A DNA stretch of 64,000 bases from Octopus vulgaris (GCA_951406725.2 OX597821.1:47182001-47246000), one strand, 5' to 3'; shown: positions 26,980 through 41,394, numbered from the stretch's first letter. The notes: generated from the sequence alone by a model not told the origin. Numbers and translations are program-made.

Positions 26980-27354
26980 TATATTGAGAGAGAGAATATG
27001 AGTGTATCTTTCAAACCATCAGGCACGCTACGTAAGTGTTATAATTGGTTATCCGTCAGGTTCCAAGTTCACAACCGAGGGTTGGTGTTAGGGATCCGTA
27101 GTAGACTTCTGAATCAGCGGGTACATATCAAAAGAAAAGGGAAACAAAACAAAAAAAAACGAGGTGGGATGAGCATCTCATGTCATTTAGAATATTTAAT
27201 TAGAGAAAACATGAATCAGAAAAGGAGAAATAGAAGGTGAATTAGAAGTAAGTTCTTTTTCTCCTTTTTAAATTCATCTTTATTCTAATTAATTATTCTA
27301 AATGATCTGCTTTGGTTTTGTTTTCTTTTATCTTCAATACACACACACACACAT

Positions 27355-27409
<55 letters not shown>

Positions 27410-27848
27410 TATTCATACATTTATGCATATAAATATACATAAGAATTTTTTTTTTCAGAATGAAATAAAAAATCTAGGGCTGTGAAATATTTTAGAACAT
27501 ATATTTATGGATATATATACATATATATTTACATATTTGTGTGTGCCTACATATATATACATGTATATATATATCTACATATATAAGTCTTCTGTCTCCC
27601 CTCCTCACACTTCCTAAATGTGTGTGCGTGTGTGTGAGCAAACACATATATTTCTACATACACATATATTTGTATACATACACATATATATTTATATATT
27701 TATATATGTATCTATAGATGTATGTCTATACATATATATATATATGCATGTATTCATACGCATGTATACACACACACACACACATATATATTTATATATA
27801 TATGTGTGTGTGTATATATATATATATATATTTATGTACCTATATATA

Positions 27849-27892
<44 letters not shown>

Positions 27893-27945
27893 TACATTCA
27901 CTCATACATACATACACACACATATATATATACACGCACACACAC

Positions 27946-28565
27946 TAAGTGCGGGGAATGAATTATCGTCTAAAATACACAAAAATGAAAATGACACTGA
28001 CATCTCATTTTAACAGATATATTTACCAAAATTTCATAAAAATATTTTGAAATGCTACAGAGTAAATTTATTCAATACGATAGTCATTGGATTCAACCCC
28101 GGCTTCCAGACGTCTTCGGAATCTCCTGCAACTCTTCTGGATCGTCTCCTTGTTTAAGTTGGTGAATGCTGCCATAATCCTTGCTTTCAGCTCATCTTTG
28201 ATGTTACAAGGAGTTTTGTGGGTCTCCGGCTCAACTACGCCCCATACACGTTAATCAATGGGCTTGCAGCCCGGGCAGTTAGGTAGCCAGTTAATAAGGA
28301 TGATGTGGGCGCAGAAATTGTCTGACTGCCATGACTGGGAACTCCTGCTTGTGTGGCATGGTGCAGAGTCCTCTTGCCAGACATAGGGTCTTCCAGCAGC
28401 CACCCTCTTGCCCCAGGACAGCACTATGTCCTCCAGGCACCTGATGTAGGCCCACGTGTCGAATGTGTTGCCGTGTGGGAAGATAAATGGAGGCAGGGCA
28501 TCGGCGTCACTAGTGGTCACTCCAAACACTATGTTGACTAGCAGTTTGATTTTTATCACTCTCGG
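27946..28565 (-). mobile_element. maT-type (DD37D) Tc1/mariner transposase remnant with 3' terminus
   Basis: [37 protein letters not shown]-(37 aa)-PID, continuing VWGVVE...DELKARI...RFRRRLEA after a frameshift. Confidence 0.88.
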
Positions 28566-28612
28566 TACACTCTGAAATCTCCCATATACATATGTGTATG
28601 TATATATATGTG

Positions 28613-28682
<70 letters not shown>

Positions 28683-28800
28683 TTTTTGAATATATATAGA
28701 TGCAATATTGTTGTCGGTATGGTCGTGTTAAGGTCGCTCCCCAATCACTAATACACACTACATTTATATCTACACATGTAGGTAGATATACATATACATA

Positions 28801-28842
<42 letters not shown>

Positions 28843-29244
28843 CACATGCTATATATATATTATAATATATATTATATGTATATATAATATATATTATATT
28901 TATATTTGTATTTATATTTATATTTATATTTATGTGTACTTATATTTATGTTCTATTATACGTATTCTAATTATTGTATAACATTACTATTTTATGTACA
29001 CTCCTTCATGTACGCTGCTTTACCCTGCATTATTATGTTCAACCTTATAGTTTCTTATGTAGTGGTTTAATAAAGTATGTGATTGAGTATTATCTAGTAA
29101 TTGATATTTGATTTCGATGTATTTCTCCATTTTCTTATTTTATATTATAATATATATATATATATATATACGGGTTCAATATTTTGCATATATGCAAATA
29201 GACAGAGAGATAGATAGATAGATAGACAGATAGATAGATAGATT

Positions 29245-29330
<86 letters not shown>

Positions 29331-29476
29331 CAGACAGAAAGAGAGACACTGGGAGACAGATACATACATGGAAAATTGCTCTCACGCCTCGTATATAAGT
29401 GTATACTATATATTATCAATATTCTAGGTCTTACTTTGATTTTATGTATATGGTAGTTTAGTATATACATATTTAA

Positions 29477-29507
<31 letters not shown>

Positions 29508-29527
29508 AACACATATATATATATATA

Positions 29528-29573
<46 letters not shown>

Positions 29574-29574
29574 A

Positions 29575-29660
29575 TGACTTCGAAGTTTTAGTCTGTTTAC
29601 ACTTTATCTGATATATACAGTCTGATGAGTGCTAAACAGGCCGAAACTTTGAAATTACTC
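29575..29660 (+). ncRNA. Decayed hammerhead motif preceded by its own inverted copy
   Basis: AGU-CUGAUGA-GUGCUAAACAGGCC-GAAAC..AUU-ACU at 29619-29659; 29575-29611 is a degenerate reverse complement. Confidence 0.45.
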
Positions 29661-29943
29661 ACAAACTGATCCTTCTAAAATATAGTGAATATACATCTAT
29701 GTCTATATATAGATCAATGTCACATTTTTACCAATCTAATATAAATGTGTGTGTGTGTGTGTGAGTGTATCTATTACTTAGTATACACAGCATATAGTTT
29801 TGAACTACGAGTGGTTTCCTACATTGAAGATCTATTCCTAAGCAGGTTTTAATAACACGCCTAATGCCTTTCAAAAACCTTAGGCTTGAATGGAGTACAT
29901 TTTGTTTTAGTGATCTTAAGCCTCACGGAAAAGTAACAATATA

Positions 29944-30023
<80 letters not shown>

Positions 30024-30024
<1 letters not shown>

Positions 30025-30190
30025 TGTTGTGTCTGGGGATAGTCATTTTCTTTTTGTGCCTTATTATTTAACACACTCACCGGTAAAATATCCACTTTTT
30101 CTTATTTTTATTCTCCTAAAATTTTCGTTGCGTGTTGCAACCTTTTCGAACTCATATAAAGAATCTTGCAAACCAAATCCAAAAACGAAA
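30024..30190. mobile_element. (TA)n-embedded repeat, rearranged copy
   Basis: CTGTTGTGTCTGGGGA..TTTAACACACTCACCGGTAAA..AAATTTTCGTTGCG also at 53619-53750 (+) and 43660-43785 (-). Confidence 0.7.
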
Positions 30191-30390
30191 TATATATATA
30201 TATATTTAGACTTACATATATACATACATACATATATACACATATACATGCATACATACATAAACACATACATACATACACACACACATACATGCATACA
30301 CACATACATACATACATACATACATACATACATACATACATACATACATACATACATACATACATACATACATACAAACATGCATACATA

Positions 30391-31288
30391 TTACAATTCA
30401 GAAAAAGTAAATATCCACAAAATACCTGATGCACAAAAGTGTTAGAGATGGAGGAAAAACAGTAAAATGTGACAACCGATGCAGCCTTTGTGGAGTTAAC
30501 ACCGAAGATGTCTCAGCCACATCGTAAGTATGATATCTACCGATGAGACATAATGTTGTAATGAAAACCGTCAGAAGGATAACCCTATAACTTTGTAATG
30601 AATCCGTCATAAGGATAATCCCGAGGACGAAGAAAGAACCCACAGTATGACGGAAGCTATAACCATTTGTAATAAAAAGGATTACTAGTGGAATGTCCCA
30701 GTGAAGACCTCGATAAAATCTTAGCACAACAGACTTGATATAATGATTTGAGATGGAGAAGAGAAACTGTGTACAGTTTTGGAAATTAGCGAATGTTAGC
30801 ATAAAGCTGAAGATCAGTGAAAAAAAGAATATCTACCCTGAAGTATTGAGAAATCTGCTGTTAATCTATCCAGATTACAAGTTTAGGTTTATACCTGTAA
30901 TTATTGGGGCCCTGGGATATGTAACACACTGCCTAAATACCAATAATGAGAAATTAAGAACTTAAGAAACCAGAAAGGAGAAAGCTATTTCGAAGACCAC
31001 TCCATCACTGGAACTGTAAAAATCTGCAATATTTTCTAGAAGTTTATCATTTAAATATCTATATGAGCATGTCTACATATGCAACTATATGCATGAGAAT
31101 ACATACATTAAAAAGACTTACATATCTACAGATATGCATACATACATACATACAAAAATACATACATGCATACAAACAAAAATGCCCTATTGTTGATGTT
31201 GAAATTCCAATAAAGGAGCTTTGGATCTAGGTTAGAAACCGGCTCTTCCTCTATTAGCAAGAAATCTTGAAATTAAACTGAACAATGA
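30391..31288 (+). mobile_element. R4/Dong-clade non-LTR retrotransposon 3' end in (TACA)n
   Basis: KYLMHK..KCDNRCSLCGVNTED (zinc knuckle), YLPMRHNVV, KLKISEKKNIYPE..YKFRFIPVIIGALG (restriction-like endonuclease). Ends AACAATGA(CATA)n and is preceded by (CATA)n. Confidence 0.85.
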
Positions 31289-31567
31289 CATACATACATA
31301 CATACATACATACATACATACATACATACATACATACATACATACATACTACATACATGCATATGCAAGCATATGATAGTCTCACATGTACGCATGAGTG
31401 TATATGTATTACATGTATTCTATAGTTAAAGTATTTAATCGTAATCCATATGATATATAAAAATATACATATATCATATACCATATATCATATATGTTAC
31501 ACGTATATACACATGTCTGACTTATTTACTAATTATAGAGATAGATAAATAGATAGATAGATGGGTG

Positions 31568-31658
<91 letters not shown>

Positions 31659-31974
31659 TCATTCATTCATTGATTATTTGATTAATTACAGGTATATACG
31701 TATATACACGCACAGGTATACACACACATATACATGCACATGCACATATATATAGTTGAGAGACAGAGAAAGAGAGAGATTACAAGTATATACGCATACG
31801 AGTGTATACATAGCCATACACGAACACACATATATATGTATATATACAAACATATATATATATATATATATTTAGCATTCTGCCTTTTTATAATTTTTCC
31901 TTGCCTATCATTTCTCCACGTGCGGTCAACACAACCCCACCATTTATTGATTTATATATATATATATATATATA

Positions 31975-32762
31975 AGTTCACTAAAATTTAGATTCAGATA
32001 AATTTGGTACTTAAGTTAAAGGCACCAGAATTTGGTATAGTATTATCCATATAAATCAAATGGGGTGATTATAATCAAAATAAGCAACAAGGATATCCGA
32101 TGTAGTGTAGTACAATCGTTTCATGCTACTTCATTTTAGTAAACAATGTAAGTATTACATCAGTTTTAAAATGTAGAGCAATCTTCAGCCACATATAGAA
32201 TTGTTTTAATTAAAAAAACTATCTAAAGGATATTTATTTAAAATTCACAAGCAAAATTATGGCTGTTAAATGGTAAAGGACATTAGAAATCTCTAGAACA
32301 TTAGTAGTTTCTATTCTCCCAACCCACTAGCTTCGGCCTACTAACTTTAGCTAAAATACATTTCAAATATGCCTAAGTTAAATTCCTCATAATGGGGATA
32401 GATTTATGGCTTTGACATTTGTACTACCCCTTCCTCTATCTATAAATAGTAAGAATTCTTGTTTGTCGCCATTGAACCAAATAAAAAAAAACCTCCATAA
32501 GATAACCTAATAATGACCTTCTACTACCATGTTCTTAATGATGAAATTAACCCCTCTGTCTATATATCTACACTCTTTGTAATGTTGGCAAATGAAATAA
32601 GTATAAAAATGTACATTGTCTATTTAATTTTAAAAAATTCTATATGTGGCTGAAGATTGCTCTACATTTTAAAACTGATGTAATACTTACATTGTTTAAT
32701 AAAATGAAGTAGCATGAAACGATTGTACTACACTACCTTGGATATCCTTGTTGCTTATTTTG

Positions 32763-32768
<6 letters not shown>
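31975..32768. mobile_element. Hammerhead-bearing element with ~133-bp inverted arms (32070-32202 / 32636-32768) in (TA)n
   Basis: Arms are reverse complements with few mismatches; the left terminus AAGTTCA..AAAATTTAGATTCA..GGTACTTAAG..GGCACCAGAATTT also occurs at 26735-26820. Confidence 0.8.
32645..32732 (+). ncRNA. Hammerhead ribozyme motif with ~59-nt stem II (inverted twin at 32106-32193, minus strand)
   Basis: UGUGG-CUGAAGA-[UUGCU..CAUUUUA..UGAUGUAA-UAC-UUACAUUG..UAAAAUG..AGCAU]-GAAAC-GAUU-GUA-CUACA. Stem I UGUGG/CUACA. Confidence 0.7.
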
Positions 32769-32811
<43 letters not shown>

Positions 32812-32823
32812 GCACACAGAGAA

Positions 32824-32892
<69 letters not shown>

Positions 32893-33665
32893 CAGAGAGA
32901 CAGACAGACAGACATTCAGACAGACACACACACAGACAGGCAGACAGACTGACCGACAAACAGACATACATTCAGGCAGACAGACATATAGATTGATAGA
33001 TAGAGTATTTGATTGATTCATTCATTGATTGATGGCTTGATTGTTTGAGAGACACGCACATATGCATACACACACACGCATGAAAATATTTTTGCATATT
33101 TGGGTCAATAATCATGCTGTGCTTGTGTCTGAAAAGATGTGAATACACACATAAGCCTGTATATGATATATATATATTCATGTATAATTTGTGGGTGGAA
33201 TGTGTTATATTAGCAATAATGCCCCTCCTAGGTACATAAGCCGGTTGAAGCAACTACAATATCAAATGTCGAATTCACGCCCTCGTTCTTCACCCCCGCC
33301 GTATATGCGGGTGCATAAGGAGATAAACATATACGTAGCTGTGTGTAGATTCATTAATTGTGTGCCCTGGACACAGGCACAGATGCAAACACACAGACAC
33401 AGATGCAAACACACAGACACACACAAGCACACACAAGCACACACACGCGCGCGCGCGCGCATACACACACACACACACACACACACACGCACGCAGACAT
33501 AAACACTTGCACTCGCACTCACACACATTTCCATTCGGTCAGAATTGCTTCACCGATAACACTAACACACGGACACACGGACACAGATTTCAGCTGGTGT
33601 TAACATACATAGGCTCAAAAATTTTTATCTAATCAAATCTGCGAACGTGTACACGCTAAAGCACG

Positions 33666-33715
<50 letters not shown>

Positions 33716-33950
33716 TGGTGTTAGACGCATGCACAGACACTCAACACACATACACTTAACACTCGTTCACACCTATACGTGCATGCACACGCTCAAATAT
33801 ACACACACACACGCTTTACAATCGTTCTGTCTCTACACAGAAAATGTGTGTATGCGTGTGTGTGTTTGTGTGTGCCTGAAATATGTGCGGTTGTGTGTAT
33901 GTGTGTGTATGTGCATGTGTGTGTGTGTGTGTATTTATAAATCAATGTAT

Positions 33951-34345
33951 TACTCTTTTACTCTTTTATTTGTTTCAGTCATTTGACTGCGGCCATGCTG
34001 GAGCACCGCTTTTAGTCGAGCAATTCGACCCCGGGACTTATTCTTTGTAAGCCCAGTACTTATTCTATCGGTCTGTTTTGCCGAACCGCTATGTGACGGG
34101 GACGTAAATACACCAGCATCGGTTGTCAAGCAATGCTAGGGGACAAACAAACACACACATACACACACATATATATATACATATATACGACAGGCTTCTT
34201 TCAGTTTCCGTCTAGCAAATCCACTCACAAGGCATTGGTCGGCCCGGGGCTATAGTAGAAGACACTTGCCCAATATGCCACGCAGGACTGAATCCAGAAC
34301 CATGTGGTTGGTTAGCAAACTACTTACCACACAGCCACTCCTGCG
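33951..34345 (-). mobile_element. SINE family B, full length
   Basis: Reverse complement of the 22848 family, with (AAAAGAGT)n-like tail. Confidence 0.9.
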
Positions 34346-34353
34346 TATGTATG

Positions 34354-34384
<31 letters not shown>

Positions 34385-34436
34385 ATATTTATATATATAT
34401 ATATGTATACACACACACACAGAAAAGCAAAGTATA

Positions 34437-34497
<61 letters not shown>

Positions 34498-35316
34498 ACA
34501 CACACATGAGGGTGTACACACACTGACACAAATATGTGTATGTATGTGTGTGTGTATGAAACAGGTTCATGTATACGCACGCTAACCATCCGCTCACACA
34601 CACGCACACACACACACATAGAGACACAACAAAACACTAACGTAGGAACACAGTCAGGAAGATGCGAACACACAGACACAAAGGTACGGACACACACGTA
34701 AACACACACGCACACACAGTTAAATACATCTTCACGCACACACTCACTCACTCACAGTCTTTCTCTCTCTTTCTCCCTCTCACACACACACACATACACG
34801 CAGAGACACACACACATGCACATATACACACACGCATAAGCGTATAAACATATACACAGAGCAGTTTTAGACCATCATAGTAATTCAAATTATAGTCCAA
34901 GTACAGCCGTTCATGTATCTATGTCGAGCGAGAGCCATGTAGCTAAAGGGAGAGAAATACTGCAGAAGTAATGTCGACATGAAGCAGCAATTTTTATATT
35001 ACGACTACTATTACTACTACTTCTACTACTACTGCTAGGTTGTACAGACAACTACAACACAACTACTGCAATATTGCCAGACATAGATGATCGTTGATTT
35101 CATATCGATCTTTCTCCAACACTTTTGGAATTTTTTTTTTCATTCTATGCATATATTTTGTCCTTTTTAGTCTATTTTCCTCTCCTTTGAAAACGCTCGG
35201 CTGCAGTTCGTGTTATTTATATAGAAATTGTTTACATAAACATACATGCACACATGCATACATAGATATATACATTGTGTATATATATATATTTATATAT
35301 ATATATATACATATAT

Positions 35317-35385
<69 letters not shown>

Positions 35386-35607
35386 GGTGTATGCAATTTT
35401 CATAACTAATAGAAGCAAATAAAATAAAACGTAGTCGAAAATTTTAAAAGAGAGATGATAAATTAAGGAAAATACATACATAGATATATACATACATACA
35501 TACATACTACATACATACATACATACATACATACATACATACATACATACATACATACATACGTAGATACATACATGCATATGTGTGTGTTTTTGTGCGT
35601 GCATGTA

Positions 35608-35990
35608 TCTCTCTCTATATAAACGGCAGTTTGTCTGTGTGTGTTTCTGTGTGTCTGTTTGGTTGTACCCTCACCCTGACCACGGCTTTCAACCGATTCT
35701 GATAAAACTTGACACACACATAGCCCAATGTCATAATTCAAAACTAACGCAGCGAAAATTTTGAAAAGTTCCCCCAGTTCTGAAAAAGATCGATAAATTC
35801 GACATGGGGTCGACAATCAGAAACACAAACCACAGATGGTCTAGGGGACGCAACTCGACCTTTTTAACTATCAAAAAAAGTTTACCATCATTTTTTTCCC
35901 CTTTTTTTTGCTATTTTTTGGCTATAACTCTCTAAAAATGCTTTATAGTTATTTCTTACAAACCCGAGCAATGCCGGGCGATACTGCTAG
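35608..35990 (+). mobile_element. Non-autonomous Helitron, complete
   Basis: Inserted between A and T; 5' TC; subterminal hairpin CCCGAGCAATGCCGGG followed by 3' CTAG; no TSD. Confidence 0.85.
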
Positions 35991-36121
35991 TGTATTTATA
36001 AAAAAAATGTGTCTAATGATGTAATGTACGTAGATATATGCATGTATATATGTATGTACATGTGTTTTTGTAGTTATTAATACGTATAGACATAATATAT
36101 AGGCATATAAATGCCCGCATG

Positions 36122-36172
<51 letters not shown>

Positions 36173-36416
36173 TTTAGTTGTTTCAGTCATTAGACTGTGG
36201 CCATGAATATTTCACACGCACGCGCGTGAGCACACACACACACACTGAGAAATGCATATAGCTGGATAGATAATAGACAGATATATAAATAGATCAACAA
36301 ACAAATTAATGTCAGTATAAATTCCGTTATATACCCAGGGGGCAACACATATGCGAAATATCTAAAAGCAGTGGTAGAGATATGTGTATGTGGTTTGTGT
36401 TTGTATAAATGTATGC

Positions 36417-36489
<73 letters not shown>

Positions 36490-36522
36490 ATATATACATT
36501 ACATATACATATATATATATAC

Positions 36523-36577
<55 letters not shown>

Positions 36578-37678
36578 TATAGATATATATATATATATAT
36601 ATATAAAGATAAAATAAAATCAATGATTTTGTATATTGCAACCTTCATTGAATAACATAAAATTTATATTACTCAGGTTAATGAAAAGTATAATGAACAT
36701 CACAACGCATCATGCTTTCACCTTTTTCTTTTTTATAATTATTTCAATTTGCACCTCCTTAGAAAAAAATCACCAAAATATTCTTCCATGAATTTTGAAA
36801 TTTCATGTCTTATATGACGTTCAAACTGTTGGTAAGGGCACGACTGTCACAGAAGCTCATGCAATTGTTTCTTCTAGGTATCAAAAGTTGTGCGTATATA
36901 TACTCAAAAACTGAAAAAGAAATATAACCATATTTTTGCGTCGATTTATTAGATGTCTTTATTAGATATCTGCTTTATTAGGTTATCTTATTTGATATAA
37001 GACACTGGGGCAGGCATAAATGTCACACGATCGACTATTTTCCTCCTTTCTCCTCCATCACTAGTTTACATATAGCCAAACATTACACCTGGAGTAGAAA
37101 TGTAAATATTTCATTATTTAATTTTCATATGTTGAACAATACAGACTACAAGAACGACATCGACGACAGCAAAAACAACAACAATACTAGAAGCAGCAGC
37201 AACAGTAGAACAACCATAACACGGACAGTGATAGCAGATATACCATAATCTGTTCTTCCATACACATCTATATATGTTTATAATCTAAACGATATCACGA
37301 TCTATATGCACTCATCGTTTCAACGCTATCAATTACCCCATCAATAACATCACCAGCGCCAGTATATTATTTACAGTGTTTATTTAGCAACAATATGATG
37401 GTTATTCTACATTATATTGTGGCATATTTACATCCGTATACGATATATCATGACCTGTGTGTATGATAATATATTCTAACATGATACACCAGCATTTCCC
37501 AATATGGTTTCCTTACTCGGTTATCGACGAAGTATCTATATATAGAACATCTTTATGCGATGGGCAAAAATCCACAATAATAATATATTCGTGTATGTGT
37601 GTGTGTATGTGTGTAAGAGTCTGCGTGTGTGTGTGTGTGTGTACGTGTGTGTGCGTGTGCATGCGCGCGTATATATAA

Positions 37679-37759
<81 letters not shown>

Positions 37760-37813
37760 CATATATATAAACATATATATACACACATATATACAGTATA
37801 TATACACACAGGC

Positions 37814-37846
<33 letters not shown>

Positions 37847-37879
37847 CACCACACACACACACACGTGTGTGTGTGTGTT

Positions 37880-38035
37880 GCCATGATAGATCGCTAGCTA
37901 CTAAACCTTTTTCTATTTTCTCTCCCTGTTTATTTCTGTGTTCCTTTCTGTCGAAGAGCGTAGGCTCGAAACGTAAAAGACTTTCTCACGTCCCTAGCGT
38001 TAAACTAATACAGCTGTTTGTTGTTTAACCCCATG
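37880..38035 (+). mobile_element. Penelope-like pLTR fragment with hammerhead motif at 37944-37979
   Basis: CUUU-CUGUCGA-A-GAGC-GUAG-GCUC-GAAA-CG-UA-AAAG; same family as 3037-3245. Confidence 0.65.
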
Positions 38036-39030
38036 TCTACTTTGATCTAGCTCATCAGTGATCAAAGGCTTTCCACCATTCCAAAAGTGACCATTCCTTT
38101 TAATATTCATGTAATGTATCTAAAGATACAATATTGAGTATGTTGTTTGGCAGTACTTTCTAGCAAGCTATGAGAGCCTTTAATGGCCACTCACAATATA
38201 TCTATTTGTCGTAGGCAATGGATATAGACATTATCATATACACTATGTCCAATAAGGTACCCTATATGTATGTTTAATATAGATATAGTTTTAAATCTGA
38301 CAGACAAGTGAATGGACCACGCAGTATATAATATTATTTATGAGTGTGTTAGTGTATGTACGTGTGTATGTGGGTGTACAAATAGCTAAAATAAGATCCA
38401 ACACTTATTTATGATGAAAGATAAATCTATTTATCAACAATTTGATTCGACATCACACCACTTAAAGCTTTGGTAGACGCAGATTAACGTCTGGTTTAAT
38501 AGAAACATACACTCAAACACTCGTTGAAATATAGTTCAATAATTGAAGGAGTAACGTAGAAACCATATGGAAATGAGAATAGGGAGTAAAAGAGTTGGAA
38601 GCCTGTAATACAAACTTTCTATACATATTCCCTTATAGTTTCTGAATTATTAATTACTTAATAACTTAAGTAATGACGGAATTCATTCTCAGACGCTGAA
38701 AAAAAAAATAAAAATAAAAACGGTTTGCTTTAACGCGCCAATCAGTCTTGATGTGAATTTAAATTGACAAAATTTTTTTCTTTAATTTATGAGATATTTT
38801 GAACTTAAATAAGATTTTTTACTAGAATATTTTCCAATGAAGTTTAATTTTTAAATATAAAATTTTGCCAACGAAATATTAGATATATTTTGTAATAATC
38901 CTTGTCGGTCAATTCTGCTTATGATATTTAGAGCTCAGGATCCAGCCACCGAGAACTATATCGGTTTCACTGCCAATTCATTTAAGCCAAGATTTATTTA
39001 TCATCAATATTCTTTCGGAAAACTTGAACA

Positions 39031-39465
39031 GGATCATTTCGGTTTGAACGGCAGTTTTTTCTAGCGGTGTCATATGAAATTGTCACCCATAATTATGACC
39101 CTAGTATCGATCTATTGCATTTCAATCTGTTTTAGGGTTAGGGTTAGTTAGGGTTAGGGTTAAGGGTGGGGGGAAGGATATCTTCTTTTTCTTCGCAAAT
39201 GTAAATAAACCCAATCTGTTTCTTAAACGAGGGATATATTCATACGGCACAGAATGTATTTTTACCTCGATGGACATCATTGATTGGTTGAACTTGCAGA
39301 AACTGAAGAAAAAAAACAACAAACATCTTACAAACTATAGAATTTTCTCAATAAAGCCAAGAGAAAAATATGTTTTATAAACACATTCTACCTGTATACG
39401 AAGTTTAAAATTTTTTAGTTACCTAGAAATTGCGTTAAAAGCTGCCGTTCAAACCGAAAAGATCC
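39031..39465. mobile_element. MITE with ~28-bp TIRs and internal TTAGGG repeats
   Basis: GGATCATTTCGGTTTGAACGGCAGTTTT ... AAAAGCTGCCGTTCAAACCGAAAAGATCC; TSD unclear. Confidence 0.85.
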
Positions 39466-39877
39466 CTTGGATATTTATATGCTAAAGATTTGTTAAACTA
39501 ATTTTCAAGAAATGATAGAGGAAAAGAACGAACATAACACTGAATTTTGCTTTTTAAAAAATACGACTGCTTTATTTCATAAATGTTACATCTTAAACGT
39601 TTGATTAGAAAAAAAAAATGTCTTTTTGGTGTCACCATTTTTCTAAACATTTTAAAATACTGAACGTTTGAACATTGCTCAGCCTAGTAACAATACAATT
39701 AATCTTTTTTAGCGTGCACATCATAATAAAATAAAGATTTCTCGTTTTTTTCTCAGAACTATTCCAAACACAAGTCAAATAATCTTTCGAATGCCTTTTA
39801 TAATTATTAAAATCTATTCCTTATTCTTCAGCTGTTCCATGTTTTCTTTCTGTGTTGTTTCACTTCAAACACACACA

Positions 39878-39957
<80 letters not shown>

Positions 39958-40167
39958 AACAACCAACCAGCCAAACAAACAAACAAACAAACAAACAAAC
40001 AAATAAATAAACGAAGAACATTTGATGCAGTCAACAATATTCCTTTAGACTCAGTGTCATATTTTATTAAGTTTCAGCTTTCAGTAAAGTTATTACTCTT
40101 CTACAGCGCGTTCAATTATTTTCCCCTCTAGGTGTGTAATACTGTGTCATTCTTTCGTGCCCACGCA

Positions 40168-40266
<99 letters not shown>

Positions 40267-40384
40267 AAAAAGAAAACAAGTTAGGAAATAAATAATCTAT
40301 AGCAAACAAACAGCAATATTTTTCCGAAAAAATGTATGCATGTGTAAGCATATATGAATATATGTATATATGTATATATGTATA

Positions 40385-40448
40385 ATGGCGGTGCCCCAGC
40401 ATGGCCACAGCTCGTGAGCTGAAACTGGAATCAATCAATCAATCAATC
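40385..40448 (+). mobile_element. Extremely 5'-truncated LINE/SINE tail with (AATC)n
   Basis: ATGGCGGTGCCCCAGCATGGCCACAGCTCGTGAGCTGAAACT matches the LINE 3' UTR at 18585-18630. Confidence 0.75.
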
Positions 40449-40477
40449 ATATGTGTGTATATATATATATATATATA

Positions 40478-40526
<49 letters not shown>

Positions 40527-40540
40527 TGTATGTATGTATG

Positions 40541-40585
<45 letters not shown>

Positions 40586-40631
40586 GCATACACATGCATG
40601 CATTTATTGGTTAAAAAAGAAAAAATATATA

Positions 40632-40701
<70 letters not shown>

Positions 40702-40715
<14 letters not shown>

Positions 40716-40959
40716 ATTGAGGTAATCAGATCAGATGGTTCATATTTGTAGATATTTATTTATATATTACATTTTTTACATATATATCATATCATTCGGA
40801 TTAGCGCTTGCTCCCATTCTAGTGGGTTTTCAAACCCACTAGAATGGGAGCAAGCGTTAATCCGAATGATATGATATATATGTAAAAAATGTAATATATA
40901 AATAAATATCTACAAATATGAACCATCTGATCTGATTACCTCAATTTTTCTAATATATA
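40702..40959. repeat. Near-perfect palindrome, ~128-bp arms, 2-nt centre
   Basis: ...CTCCCATTCTAGTGGGTTT-tc-AAACCCACTAGAATGGGAG...; one arm mismatch seen (TTAGCGCTTG vs CAAGCGTTAA). Confidence 0.95.
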
Positions 40960-40986
40960 ATACCTGTACATCATCTCCAAACCTTC

Positions 40987-41026
<40 letters not shown>

Positions 41027-41146
41027 ATAATGTACACATACATTGAAATTTTTATCTGATTTTTCAGATTTTTCTATATGTTAGGCTACTAGTTTTAAAT
41101 TCATATTAATTAAATTAATATTCAATTTATCACCCTCATTATTTAA

Positions 41147-41234
<88 letters not shown>

Positions 41235-41394
41235 ACGTATAAACGTAAGGAAATAATCTATACTTTGATACTTGGATATTTTGATAGGTTTCGGCCAGTA
41301 TTGGGCCCAGGTCATATATAACTCAATATCATCATCTGGCGAAGTCATTCAAATCAGGATTCTGACACTATGGCCCACTCAGTTATTTTTCCCA

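Noticed and set aside
39132-39173. True telomere or chromosome-fusion site
   Set aside because: Only a few units, located inside a TIR-bounded element.
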